Below are positions 18,347-27,827 of a stretch of 64,000 nt of DNA, piece by piece (within the stretch, counting starts at the first letter, position 1; every line of letters begins with the position of its first letter). The translations under genes were made by a program, and so were the position numbers. The DNA comes from Chlamydiales bacterium. Its GTDB lineage: Bacteria; Chlamydiota; Chlamydiia; Chlamydiales; SM23-39. The notes under the pieces are model-generated. The model made no database searches and was not told the DNA's origin. It was given only the letters and a program-made list of their open reading frames with translations. The DNA is taken from contig JAUXXF010000019.1 in NCBI GenBank assembly GCA_030681135.1, positions 16,578 through 80,577 of the forward strand, read 5' to 3'.

Positions 18347-18567
18347 GGGGCTCCGCCCTAGGAGACTGTTAATGGATTTAGTTTCTGTCGATTTTAGAGT
18401 TTTTTTGAGCGAAATTTCGTTTGCTTTTAGGGGGGTAATATCGCCTTCCAGTATATGACCCCCCTAAAAGCAAACGAAATTTGGCCAAAAAAATCCCTAA
18501 AATCGACGAAACCTAAACCCATTAACAGTCTCTTACCCCGCCAAAGGACTCCGTCCTTATGGAATCC
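18347..18567 (+). repeat. REP-like repeat split by MITE family A
   Basis: GGGGCTCCGCCC-TA-[insert]-TA-CCCCGCCAAAGGACTCCGTCCTTATGGAATCC. Confidence 0.9.
18362..18532. mobile_element. 171-bp palindromic MITE family A, copy 2
   Basis: Ends GAGACTGTTAATG...CATTAACAGTCTC; interior is in the opposite orientation to copy 1. Confidence 0.9.
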
Positions 18568-18574
18568 TAAGTTC

Positions 18575-19741
18575 TTAATATGAGTTTAAGGCTTGAGCTG
18601 CATGTCTAAAATTGAGGATTTGTGTTGTTTGAATGGATTGTTCCAGATCTCCTCCATAAATAAGAAAAGATTTGGCAGATCTCCCTTCAGCTATGGATTG
18701 GAAGCGCTGGATCGGTTTTATGAAATCTTGGACAAAGGTTTTAGATGATTTAATTTCAATGGGGATCAGGTCATGCCCTTTTTTGTAAATGACATCAACC
18801 TCATTTTTTTGCACGTCTCGGTAATAAAAAAGAGACGGATCGAGACCTAGATTGAGCCGATATTTTTTTAATTCTAAAAGGACGGCATTTTCAAACAAAT
18901 GGCCTCGAAGGGGATCTCGATGCATTTGTGTTTCTTGCTCAATTCCCAATAAGTAACTGGCAAGACCGACATCATTAAAATAGAGTTTTGGAGACTTGAT
19001 AACCCGTTTCCCAAAATTCTCAAAATAAGGAGGTAGGCGAAAGACGATAAATGAAGCTTCAAGAATGGAAATCCAGTGTTTTACTGTATGGGAAGAAAGA
19101 CCGATTTCTCCGCCGATTTCTTCCATATTTAAGATTTGTCCTACGCGTCCGGCAAGGATTTGTACAAACCTCTCGAATTGCAATAAGTCTTTGACTTGAA
19201 TAAGCTGCCGTAGATCTCGTTCGACATAGGTTTGGACATAATTGCGATATGCTTTTGTCGGATCAAGTTGATCTTTGTAAATTCGAGGGTATCCTCCTTT
19301 AAGCATCCATTCATCGATAGACAAATGAAAACCAGCTTGCTCTAATTCAGATAAATTCATTGGCAACAGCGTTAATAGAGCGGTTCGTCCTGCCAAAGAC
19401 TGAGAAATTGCTTCTTGCAGCTCGAGTTGATGAGAGCCGGTGAGGATAAACATCCCCTTTTGGTCTAGTTGATCTACAATAGGCTGGATATAGGAAAGAA
19501 GTTCTGGAACTCTTTGAATTTCATCGAGAATTGCGCCGTCTGGATATTGTTCTAAAAAACTTCGAGGATCTCCCAAGGCCAAAGCTCGGATGTCAGGGAA
19601 CTCCAGGTTGGCATATTTTTTGTTAGGGAAAGCTGATTTTACTAAGGTCGTTTTGCCAGACTGACGGGGGCCAAGTACTGTGACAATAGGGTAATTTTTG
19701 GCTAAGTCTAGGAGTTCTTTTTCTATATCTCGTTGAAACAT
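18575..19741 (-). CDS. AAA_14 ATPase with DUF4143 domain
   Basis: GPRQSGKTT, ILDEIQRVP, ILTGS, QSLAGR, GGYP, KSPKLYFNDVGL, EVD...PIEIKS. Confidence 0.93.
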   Translation of the reverse strand: MFQRDIEKELLDLAKNYPIVTVLGPRQSGKTTLVKSAFPNKKYANLEFPDIRALALGDPRSFLEQYPDGAILDEIQRVPELLSYIQPIVDQLDQKGMFILTGSHQLELQEAISQSLAGRTALLTLLPMNLSELEQAGFHLSIDEWMLKGGYPRIYKDQLDPTKAYRNYVQTYVERDLRQLIQVKDLLQFERFVQILAGRVGQILNMEEIGGEIGLSSHTVKHWISILEASFIVFRLPPYFENFGKRVIKSPKLYFNDVGLASYLLGIEQETQMHRDPLRGHLFENAVLLELKKYRLNLGLDPSLFYYRDVQKNEVDVIYKKGHDLIPIEIKSSKTFVQDFIKPIQRFQSIAEGRSAKSFLIYGGDLEQSIQTTQILNFRHAAQALNSY

Positions 19742-19757
19742 AATATGTTGACTTTTT

Positions 19758-19772
19758 TGAAGTTCAACTTCA
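19758..19772. promoter_or_regulatory. candidate operator palindrome
   Basis: TGAAGTT-C-AACTTCA, 16 nt upstream of the ATPase start. Confidence 0.4.
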
Positions 19773-19961
19773 GTTTAGTATTAAATAGCTATTTTTTGCT
19801 AGAGGAAAAGGTGAAAGAGGCTTCAGGGGTGTAGAGTGATCAAGAAGTGGCTTTGTCTAAAACCTTGCCAAAGAATATAGCTTCTTTTTTATATGCCGAA
19901 ACAACCTGAAAAAATAACCGGTTTTCAAGTATCCTCTTTTTCAAATTCCTAGGAGATTTCC

Positions 19962-20963
19962 ATGTCTATAGATATAAATTTATTAAATTTTAGTGCTCAG
20001 CTTGTAGATCTTAATAAGATGCTGAGTGAAGCGAGAGCGGAAAATACGTATCTTGAAGGTCGGATCGTGACGTTCAAGGGAAGTTCGATCAGTTTGGACG
20101 CTCTTGTGAAAAAAGTTACAGCAGTTGCACGAGAGAATCTAGAAACTGCCCATTTAACGCCAGCAGAGATGGTGGCAGGTTTGGACATTACCAGAAAACT
20201 AAAGCAGTTTTATCGCGATACCGACAAAAGCGCAGGGATCATCATCAAACTCTGCAATTGGTTAAGAGAGTTTCCTCTGTTTTCTTCTGCCACTCGTTTT
20301 ACCCTTGACGAGGATAAGTTTCGCGGTTTTTCTGCCACCCAATTTTCTCTTTATTTGGGAAGCAGTTGGCCTCTGCATGAACATCCGGCCTTTGATGGGA
20401 AGATCACAGATGATGTGCATGCTCCTCAAAAACCAGTCAAAGAAGAGTGGATTAGAGCTCTTGCTACTGGCAGCGCTTCTGATAATCAACAACTCGTTGA
20501 AAACCTAAAACTAGCTCGATCGATTCTTGTGAAGTATAAAAATGAGTCTCCAAACGAGGCTGAAGAGCCTTATGTTCGGGGGATATGTTCTGATGTAGAA
20601 TTTGCACAGGATCCAATAAAATTTCTGATTTCTGAAATGATTGAGCGAGGTTTTAGCTCTGATGAGGGTCTCGAGTCTTGTGATTTTCCAAGAGCATTTA
20701 TCATAGGCCAGATTCCAAGTTTTGGAGAGAAAGCGAGCTCTAAAGACTACTTAAGATCTATTGCCGAAGAGCGTTTCAAAGAGGCTCCGAACAAGCAAGA
20801 AATCATGGAATGCTTTTTGGGATCTCTTGAAAGTAAGGGCGTTACTGACGCATTAGCTCGCGGGCTGGAGCAGTTTGAAAAGGGAACGTTGGGAATGTTT
20901 AAGTTTGCTGATGACCTGTGGAGAGAAGCATTCTTGATTTTCCCTGGGGCGGAGAGAGTGTAA
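19962..20963 (+). CDS. hypothetical protein
   Basis: 333-aa ORF with AGGAG RBS; no family recognised. Confidence 0.7.
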   Translation: MSIDINLLNFSAQLVDLNKMLSEARAENTYLEGRIVTFKGSSISLDALVKKVTAVARENLETAHLTPAEMVAGLDITRKLKQFYRDTDKSAGIIIKLCNWLREFPLFSSATRFTLDEDKFRGFSATQFSLYLGSSWPLHEHPAFDGKITDDVHAPQKPVKEEWIRALATGSASDNQQLVENLKLARSILVKYKNESPNEAEEPYVRGICSDVEFAQDPIKFLISEMIERGFSSDEGLESCDFPRAFIIGQIPSFGEKASSKDYLRSIAEERFKEAPNKQEIMECFLGSLESKGVTDALARGLEQFEKGTLGMFKFADDLWREAFLIFPGAERV

Positions 20964-21075
20964 ATGGTCAAGGAAGACTACGACTAGGGGTCGTTTTGAG
21001 AGTTTTGCATATTTTAGCCGCCATTGTGACTAAAATTAGAGGGATTAAGGGTGGGTGAGAAGTGTTGGGGTAGGC

Positions 21076-21104
21076 TAACCGTCCCAAGGAAGGTGGGACG
21101 GTTA
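21076..21104. terminator. hairpin between convergent orphan genes
   Basis: TAACCGTCCCA-AGGAAGG-TGGGACGGTTA, 11-bp perfect stem with no clear U-tract. Confidence 0.55.
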
Positions 21105-21116
21105 TGAATGGATTGG

Positions 21117-22316
21117 TTATCGGATGTTTTCTAGTTTTGTTTTGTATTGTTGGTCTAGTTCGCGGAACATTTCTTTATTGTTGTTAAAGTACATGTATTT
21201 CTGCCTTTCTAGAGATCCTATGTCTGTTTTGATTTTATTTTTTTTCGTTTCGTCGTTGCTTTTACGTAGTTTTTTGTGAAAACCTATTAGTCTTTCGTTT
21301 ATGTTATTTATCTTTTGTTTAATCTCTTCTTCTGTTGGTCCTCTTTTTTTTGTGGGCTGTTTTGTGCTTATAGTAGCTGCTTTGCTATGTTCCGCTACAA
21401 CATGATCTGGTCTTGCAGTATTTAATATTACTGATGCTATTGGATTTTGGGTATTAGATAATGCGGTTGGAGCTTCTTCTTTTTTGTCTGCTATAAGGTC
21501 TTTTGTGCTACTCTTTAGATTGTCAATATTTTCGGCAGGTTTTTGGGGGCCTATTTCTTTGTTTAAAATAAAATCTCTTTTAAAATCATTTATCATTTGT
21601 TGAAAGTCTTCAAGTTCGTCTTCTTCTTTTCGTATTAATTCATTTTCTTCAAAAGATTTTTCAGCAAGTGGCAAGTAAATATTTATTGCCTCTGCTATGG
21701 CTTTTTGGTCTTCCGGGTTGTCCTGGTGAGAGTAAATTACTTTCTTCGCAGGGGACGTTACTGGAGTGACATTTTGAGCGGAATCAACCTCTTTTGATTC
21801 TTGTTCGACAGTTGAAGGATTGAATGTTTGTTGCGCAACTTTTTCAACATCCTGAGGTATTTCGCTCATCTGAATAACGAAAGGAGATTCTTTAACACAT
21901 TCTTTTCTTATATTTATTAGTCTAGTTTTGAGATTTATAACTAATTCTCCTGAATCTTCATTTTTTATCCTTTCATCTAACTCTTCTATCAAAGTATCGA
22001 TCTTATCGGTTTCTGTGAGTAAATCGTCTGGCTGCTTACTTTTTAGCTCGTTTATGTAAGCTGTTATTCCCAAGATTCTTTCTGCTTTTTGGTCTACAAC
22101 TTTTTTTTCTAGGTCTACTTGAGAAGAAGTAACCGTTATATCCCGGGGATTTTTTGGAACGAATACAGGGGTAGTGCTTGCCGATTTATTTAATGAAAAG
22201 AAATTAGATATTGCTACTTTAACCTTGTTAATAAGGGAGGTTATTTCTTGTATTGCAGGCTGTGCTATGTCTCGAATCTGTTCTACTGCTGAATTGGCTA
22301 TTCTTTTAATTGTCAT
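21117..22316 (-). CDS. hypothetical K/E/N-rich coiled-coil protein (effector-like)
   Basis: 399-aa very AT-rich ORF with its own consensus promoter. Confidence 0.7.
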   Translation of the reverse strand: MTIKRIANSAVEQIRDIAQPAIQEITSLINKVKVAISNFFSLNKSASTTPVFVPKNPRDITVTSSQVDLEKKVVDQKAERILGITAYINELKSKQPDDLLTETDKIDTLIEELDERIKNEDSGELVINLKTRLINIRKECVKESPFVIQMSEIPQDVEKVAQQTFNPSTVEQESKEVDSAQNVTPVTSPAKKVIYSHQDNPEDQKAIAEAINIYLPLAEKSFEENELIRKEEDELEDFQQMINDFKRDFILNKEIGPQKPAENIDNLKSSTKDLIADKKEEAPTALSNTQNPIASVILNTARPDHVVAEHSKAATISTKQPTKKRGPTEEEIKQKINNINERLIGFHKKLRKSNDETKKNKIKTDIGSLERQKYMYFNNNKEMFRELDQQYKTKLENIR

Positions 22317-22347
22317 AATTACACCTTTATTAAATAAATATAATTCA

Positions 22348-22376
22348 ATTATATCACTTTAATAATTAAAAATCAA
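22348..22376 (-). promoter_or_regulatory. sigma66/70 promoter
   Basis: TTGATT-17 nt-TATAAT with extended -10 TG. Confidence 0.7.
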
Positions 22377-22421
22377 TGCATTTTTAAGTGGTTAATATGT
22401 AATTAGATGTGCTTTATAGTA

Positions 22422-23192
22422 TTAAATTAAATAAACAGGCTGGAAGCGAATATAATCAGAGGAAGTAAGGACGTACCGTATGGGGTTTGTTTCGTCTTTT
22501 TCGTGTAACTCATTGTTATTAAATAAGTTACATCCTTCCTTGAGGTTGTGGAGGTGTCCAAAGACACAAATGTCGATCTTGTATTCCTCGAGAATCTTAG
22601 AGGCTCTAGAGGGGGCCAGGTTGGCGCCGATGGGGGGATAATGGGTCATGGCGATCCGGAGCTTGGCTTCCTTGTTTAGGGCTGATAGGCTCATTTTAAG
22701 CCTTTCTAGCTCCCTTTCAAAGAGCTTATCCGTCAAGTCCTCTTGGATGCGTTCTTCGGGGTCTTTGGCCCGGGGGTTTTCCCGGAAGTCGACATAGGCA
22801 GAAAAGCTATATTCTGGGGTGTCCCAGAGGCGGGCTCCTCCGATGGCTATCCCTTGGTAGAAAAAGGCGTTATTTTGGATGATATGGATGGAGGGCGGTA
22901 GAGCCTTAGTGACTTTCGATAAAGAGCCCCACCAGTAGTCATGGTTGCCTTTGATCATCACTTTGGTGCCGGGAAGCTGATGGATCCACTGTAGATCTGC
23001 GATGGCGTCTTCGAGTTTCATGGCCCAGGAGATGTCTCCTGGAATCAAGACTAAATCTTCGGGCGCAATGGAGTGTTTCCAGTTTTTTTCGATTTGCTGG
23101 GCGTGATCTTGCCAGCCAGGTCCGAAGACGTCCATGCTCTTATTGGCCACGCCGAAACTTAAGTGAAGATCTCCAATAGCCCAAATTTTCAT
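22422..23192 (-). CDS. calcineurin-like metallophosphoesterase
   Basis: GDLH, GDISW, GNHDYWW, HYPP, GHLH. Confidence 0.93.
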   Translation of the reverse strand: MKIWAIGDLHLSFGVANKSMDVFGPGWQDHAQQIEKNWKHSIAPEDLVLIPGDISWAMKLEDAIADLQWIHQLPGTKVMIKGNHDYWWGSLSKVTKALPPSIHIIQNNAFFYQGIAIGGARLWDTPEYSFSAYVDFRENPRAKDPEERIQEDLTDKLFERELERLKMSLSALNKEAKLRIAMTHYPPIGANLAPSRASKILEEYKIDICVFGHLHNLKEGCNLFNNNELHEKDETNPIRYVLTSSDYIRFQPVYLI

Positions 23193-23770
23193 ATGCAAAG
23201 GTCGTATTTCATCACGGTAATTTCATGGCCTCGAAAGGGGCGCGTTGTAACGGTATGAGCGCCTTGTCTTGTATACCATTTTACATTACGAGGATTTGAA
23301 GTATAAAACCAAATTTTCTGATGCCCTAATCGTTTTGCGAGAATAGTCAGGGCTTTTGCTGCGGTTTCTGCTAGCTTTTTGCCTCTTTCTTCAGGGATGA
23401 TATGAAAGCTGCCTCCCCAGGGATTCCCGTCTTCTAAGTCAGCAAGCTCTGGTTCTGTTTGATCTTCTAATGAGATCAGGCCAATGGGCTGGACTGCTTT
23501 AAAGAGGAGCAGTGTAAGAGGAAGTTTGTCGTCATGAAGACGTTCGGCAAATCCATTGATGAGTTTTTCTTTGGTCAATGAATCATCATAACAATGCCAA
23601 TTTGCATATTCCCATTCAGCAATGAGAGGGACCCATTCTGGATAGCATTTTAGAAAATCTATGCGGAGATTAAGGGGAGAAAAAAGCTCTTTATTGAGTT
23701 CAGTGAGAGCTTGTTTAAAAAAGATTTTTGCCGACATCAGTCTCCCTTTATGTGCAACGTCACAATACAA
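23189..23770 (-). CDS. GNAT N-acetyltransferase
   Basis: PW...HIIPEERGKKLA and WYTRQG GNAT motifs; start could be ~23737. Confidence 0.8.
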   Translation of the reverse strand: MYCDVAHKGRLMSAKIFFKQALTELNKELFSPLNLRIDFLKCYPEWVPLIAEWEYANWHCYDDSLTKEKLINGFAERLHDDKLPLTLLLFKAVQPIGLISLEDQTEPELADLEDGNPWGGSFHIIPEERGKKLAETAAKALTILAKRLGHQKIWFYTSNPRNVKWYTRQGAHTVTTRPFRGHEITVMKYDLCI

Positions 23771-25049
23771 AATCGTCTGGCAATTGTGCGCCGGCGGTCA
23801 CGATGATGATCCCATCGCGGATAAAAATCTTATCGCCGTCATAGTGGCTTAGATTTTCTTGGTTGATAAGGCGCACTCGATTGCCTATCCGAACATGTTC
23901 GTCGATAATCGCTTTTTCAATCAAACAATTTTCTCCAATCCAAAAATCGTATTCAAGAGGTTTGTCTTCGTGAAGGGGAGGCATGTAAAAATGATTGCCC
24001 ATGAGCACGCTATCTCGAATGATGGTTCCTTGCTTGATATGCGAGCGGAGTCCGATCACAGAGTGTACAATTTCAGCAGCTTCAATAATGCACCCTTCAC
24101 AGATGATCGATTGAGTGATTTTCGTGCAGGAGATTTTAGGGCCGGGAAGATAGGTAGGGCGCGTGTAGATGGGGTTTCTTTCATCGTAGGTGTTTAGGCA
24201 TTGATTCGTCTGGGTAAGGACTAGGTTGGCCTCGTAGTAGGAAACGACTGTGCCGATGTCTTCCCAGTAGCCGTTATAGATGTATCCGACGGTCCGTTTT
24301 GTTTCGATGGCCGTATATAAGATATGTTTACCAAAATCTTCCCCGGGATCTTTGGCTAAAAGATCAATGAGCGCGTCTCTTGTAAACACATAAATCCCCA
24401 TGGAGCCTAAAAAATGTGTCTCGCTCCGAGCGTTGAGGGAGCGTTTTCGATAAAACTCTTCCGATAGGGCAAAGCGGTCCATTGCCTCGATCGTGTCTGG
24501 TTTTTCATGAAAAGCTTCGGCTTTATCTTCAGGATCTAGAGAAAGCAGCCCCATGCGGCGAGCTTCTTTTCCCGGCACAGGCAGGCACGCAATGGTGACG
24601 TCTGCCTCTTTATCTCTTGCAAATTCCACCATCTCCTGGAAATTGATGTTATAAAGCTGGTCTCCGCAAAGAATGAGGAAATAATCTGCAGAGGCTCTAA
24701 GCAGCGTGGGCAAGGTTTTTCGGACGGCGTCCGCAGAGCCTAAAAACCACTGGATTTCACCTAGTTCATCTTTTTCAGGCAAAAGCACTTCGACAGATCC
24801 TGGATGGTAGGGATCAAAATGGTAGGTTTGGTGAATGTGATGCTGCAATTCTGTCGAGAGATGCTGGGCGAGAATGAAAATTTGTCTAAAATCGGAGTTG
24901 AGAGAATTGGAGATCGGGACGTCAATGAGCTTGTAGCGTCCTCCGTAGGAGACTGCTGGTTTGCAGTGGTGCAAGGTGAGGGGATGCAGGCGTGTCCCTT
25001 GTCCTCCTGCTAAAATAATAGTGGCTACTCGAAGAGGATTTTTGGGCAT
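23760..25049 (-). CDS. glgC: glucose-1-phosphate adenylyltransferase
   Basis: ILAGGQGTRLHPLT...KPAVSYGGRYKLIDVPISN, GSADAVR, GDQLY, SMGIYVF, GYWEDIGT. Confidence 0.96.
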   Translation of the reverse strand: MPKNPLRVATIILAGGQGTRLHPLTLHHCKPAVSYGGRYKLIDVPISNSLNSDFRQIFILAQHLSTELQHHIHQTYHFDPYHPGSVEVLLPEKDELGEIQWFLGSADAVRKTLPTLLRASADYFLILCGDQLYNINFQEMVEFARDKEADVTIACLPVPGKEARRMGLLSLDPEDKAEAFHEKPDTIEAMDRFALSEEFYRKRSLNARSETHFLGSMGIYVFTRDALIDLLAKDPGEDFGKHILYTAIETKRTVGYIYNGYWEDIGTVVSYYEANLVLTQTNQCLNTYDERNPIYTRPTYLPGPKISCTKITQSIICEGCIIEAAEIVHSVIGLRSHIKQGTIIRDSVLMGNHFYMPPLHEDKPLEYDFWIGENCLIEKAIIDEHVRIGNRVRLINQENLSHYDGDKIFIRDGIIIVTAGAQLPDDFVL

Positions 25050-25149
25050 AGATCTGGGCGGTACTTATTTGACATCAAAATCGCACCATACATGAGAGGA
25101 GATTTTTTTTTGCAAGAGAATGCAAGTTTAATTTTTAGGGGGCTCTCAA

Positions 25150-25204
25150 AAGTTATAGCTAGTTATAGTGAGTTTTTGCTATAACTGGTTATAACTTGCT
25201 ATAA
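25150..25204. promoter_or_regulatory. array of direct and inverted 8-mers upstream of an ATPase
   Basis: AGTTATAG twice at 10-bp period, then CTATAACT/TTATAACT/CTATAA three times at 10-bp period. Confidence 0.65.
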
Positions 25205-26407
25205 ATGGAAGCTGTCATGGATCCAATCAATAATCCTTTTTCTCCTGGAGCGGGTTCTCCTCCACCTGAACTGGTGGGAAGAAGCCTCGATTTAGAACAG
25301 GCCCGGATTCTCCTCGGAAGGGTTCTGCAAAAACGACCTGAAAAGAGCATGTTACTTACAGGGCTTCGGGGCGTAGGAAAGACTGTGCTTCTCAAGGAGA
25401 TCCAGTATTTAGCGAACAAACTGGGCTATCGGACGCTATTCATTGAAGCTCATGAAAATAAACCGTTGGCTTCTTTGCTCATTCCTTATCTGCGCGGCCT
25501 ACTGTTTGAAATGAACCGCGTGGCTGGAGTCAGCGAAAAAGTCAGACGTGGATTGAGGATTCTTCGTAGTTTTATCGGTGCAGTCAAGCTGACGATCCAC
25601 GATATTACGATCGGAATAGACATTGAACCAGAGGAAGGTTCGGCAGATAGCGGGGATTTAGAAGTCGATTTGCCGGATCTTTTCCTTGCGATTGGGGAAG
25701 CTGCGGAAGACTGTAAGTGCGCCGTTGCTCTTCTCATTGATGAGATTCAATACTTCAATCAGAAAGAACTCGGTGCACTCATCATGGCGATGCACAAAGT
25801 CCAGCAACATCAACTCCCTCTGGTTCTCTTCGGAACGGGGCTGCCTCTATTGCCTGGTCTTGCAGGCGAGGCGAAATCTTATTCAGAGAGGCTTTTTAAC
25901 TTTCCAGATATTGGAGCGCTCTCTCAAGCTGATGCTGCGAAAGCTATAGAAGAGCCGGCGCGGGCTGCTGGCGTCTATTTTGAAGAGTCTGCTGTGGAAG
26001 AGATCTATCGTTTAACAAACGGCTATCCCTACTTTCTGCAAGAATGGGCTTACCAGGTTTGGAATTTGGCCTCTGCAAGTCCAATTACTCTCCAAATTGT
26101 TCAAGAAGCCACTGAGCAGGTGATCCCTCGTCTCGACAAAAATTTCTTCAAAGTCCGTTTTGAGAGGCTTACCCCCAATGAAAAGTTTTTCCTGCGAGCA
26201 ATGGCTGAGCTCGGTCCTGGAGTTCATCGTATTGGAGAACTTGCTGCTCTTCTCAACATTAAACCTAGTAGCTTGAGTCCCGTACGGGCTGACTTGATCA
26301 AAAAAGGGATGATTTATAGTCCTGCCTATGGAGAGCTTGCATTTACGGTTCCTCTATTCGATAAGTTCATGATCCGAACGATTCCTGATTTGAAATTGCC
26401 TGTTTAA
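25205..26407 (+). CDS. AAA+ (AAA_16-like) ATPase with C-terminal winged helix
   Basis: NPFSPGAG.PP.LVGR, GLRGVGKT, LLIDEIQ, SYSERLF, GYPYFLQ, LIKKGMIYSP..G.LAFTVPLF; start may be 25217. Confidence 0.9.
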   Translation: MEAVMDPINNPFSPGAGSPPPELVGRSLDLEQARILLGRVLQKRPEKSMLLTGLRGVGKTVLLKEIQYLANKLGYRTLFIEAHENKPLASLLIPYLRGLLFEMNRVAGVSEKVRRGLRILRSFIGAVKLTIHDITIGIDIEPEEGSADSGDLEVDLPDLFLAIGEAAEDCKCAVALLIDEIQYFNQKELGALIMAMHKVQQHQLPLVLFGTGLPLLPGLAGEAKSYSERLFNFPDIGALSQADAAKAIEEPARAAGVYFEESAVEEIYRLTNGYPYFLQEWAYQVWNLASASPITLQIVQEATEQVIPRLDKNFFKVRFERLTPNEKFFLRAMAELGPGVHRIGELAALLNIKPSSLSPVRADLIKKGMIYSPAYGELAFTVPLFDKFMIRTIPDLKLPV

Positions 26408-26454
26408 CAGTTCCTTAATAAACATGACTCTTGAAAATTCCTTAAAATTGGTTT

Positions 26455-27663
26455 ATGCCTCAAATTTTGAGGTATTGGATGCGTTTTGCATTTGTGCGCC
26501 CTAATAAATATAGCGAGTGGGGTGGGGATTTAAAGGCTATTTTGGACTTGCAAGAAGGTTTACATGCCTTAGGCCATAGCTCCTTCATCACTCAAGATCC
26601 CATGAGTTCGCTTGAAGCAAATCAGATTTTTTTCATCGGGACTTTAATCAATCGCTCCGCAGATTATTATTTCATGCATTTGATGGGAAGAAATTATGGG
26701 TGTATCGCGTTTCATGAGGACTCTCTTTTATACTCTGGAGCAAGTTACGGGTTTGCTTACTATGTCCTTGGCTCTTTGCAAGAAAGAATCGAAGAAGGAG
26801 TCTCTTTTTCTCTCGATCATCTCTATCAAAGACCTCATTTGATTTTTTACTACGATCGGATGCGACCTATCAATGTACTTCAAAATTATGAGTTTTTAGA
26901 GCGCGCATCTTCTGTGGTCGTCTCTTCTTTGAGAGAACAGGCAACGCTTCTTCGTGATGTCCCTTCTTGCAATAGTCAAGTTGTCCGCTGGGGAGCAGGC
27001 CATGTGCGTCAAATGAAAGAACTTCCTACAGAAGAATTTTTACGATTTACAGGCTTAAAAAAAGGAAATTATATTTTGCAGGTCGGTCGCTTTTCGACGA
27101 GAAAAAATCAGCTCGCGACGCTTCTTGCCACCAAAGATCTCGATATTCCTTTGGTCTTTATTGCCATGGATCGATGTAATCAAACCTATGAAGAGATCGT
27201 TTTGGCCTCTGCCTTGAAATGGAGAAAGGCCCCTACCCTTGTCATTTCTCAACACCTATCGCCTTCTTTATCTAGAGGCCCTCTCACCATTCTCCCTACG
27301 CCCGGAGGAGAGATCCTCTCTTCTTCTATGCTCCTTAGCGCATTTGCGCATGCAGGGCTTCATATGCATCCTGCTTTTTATGAATTGCCGGGCTACACCT
27401 ATTTTGAATCTGCCCGTTTCGGAATTCCTACGATTGCTTCTGAGTGGACCTCCATTCGAGAATACTTTCCAGATCTAGATGACCGAATCGAATACGCCCT
27501 GCCTTACGATCTTCCTGCTCTCAGATCTTTAGCGGAGAAGAAATTTGGGAAAATCTATCCGCAGTTTCCTCTGCATCCTATTTATGAGAGAAGCTCTGAG
27601 GAGATTGCTCGGGATTTTCTCAGCTCCTGCTCATCATTGGGGCTCTGCCCCAAACCCCGTTAA
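26455..27663 (+). CDS. GT-B (family 4-like) glycosyltransferase
   Basis: WGGD, ILQVGRFSTRKNQL, HPAFYELPGYTYFESARFGIPTIAS. The C-terminal GLCPKPR* is encoded by a REP. Confidence 0.85.
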   Translation: MPQILRYWMRFAFVRPNKYSEWGGDLKAILDLQEGLHALGHSSFITQDPMSSLEANQIFFIGTLINRSADYYFMHLMGRNYGCIAFHEDSLLYSGASYGFAYYVLGSLQERIEEGVSFSLDHLYQRPHLIFYYDRMRPINVLQNYEFLERASSVVVSSLREQATLLRDVPSCNSQVVRWGAGHVRQMKELPTEEFLRFTGLKKGNYILQVGRFSTRKNQLATLLATKDLDIPLVFIAMDRCNQTYEEIVLASALKWRKAPTLVISQHLSPSLSRGPLTILPTPGGEILSSSMLLSAFAHAGLHMHPAFYELPGYTYFESARFGIPTIASEWTSIREYFPDLDDRIEYALPYDLPALRSLAEKKFGKIYPQFPLHPIYERSSEEIARDFLSSCSSLGLCPKPR

Positions 27664-27669
27664 AGGACT
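27596..27669 (+). repeat. 74-bp direct repeat, left copy (glycosyltransferase 3' end + truncated REP)
   Basis: 72/74 identical to 29376-29449. Confidence 0.95.
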
Positions 27670-27827
27670 GCGCGCAATTAGAGAACGGTTAAGCGCAAAG
27701 CTTGAGCTAAAGTTACGCAGGATGAGGATTTTACTCAAAAAAAAGAGTTGTCAAAACTAATGGCATTGTGTATGGTTACCCAACTCACATGCAGGACATG
27801 TGAGTGGAAAAACAAAGGGAAATCATT

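Noticed and set aside
19876-19902. Possible sigma28 promoter TATAGCTT-11-GCCGAAAC
   Set aside because: Several mismatches to consensus and no evidence in the window that this lineage has sigma28.
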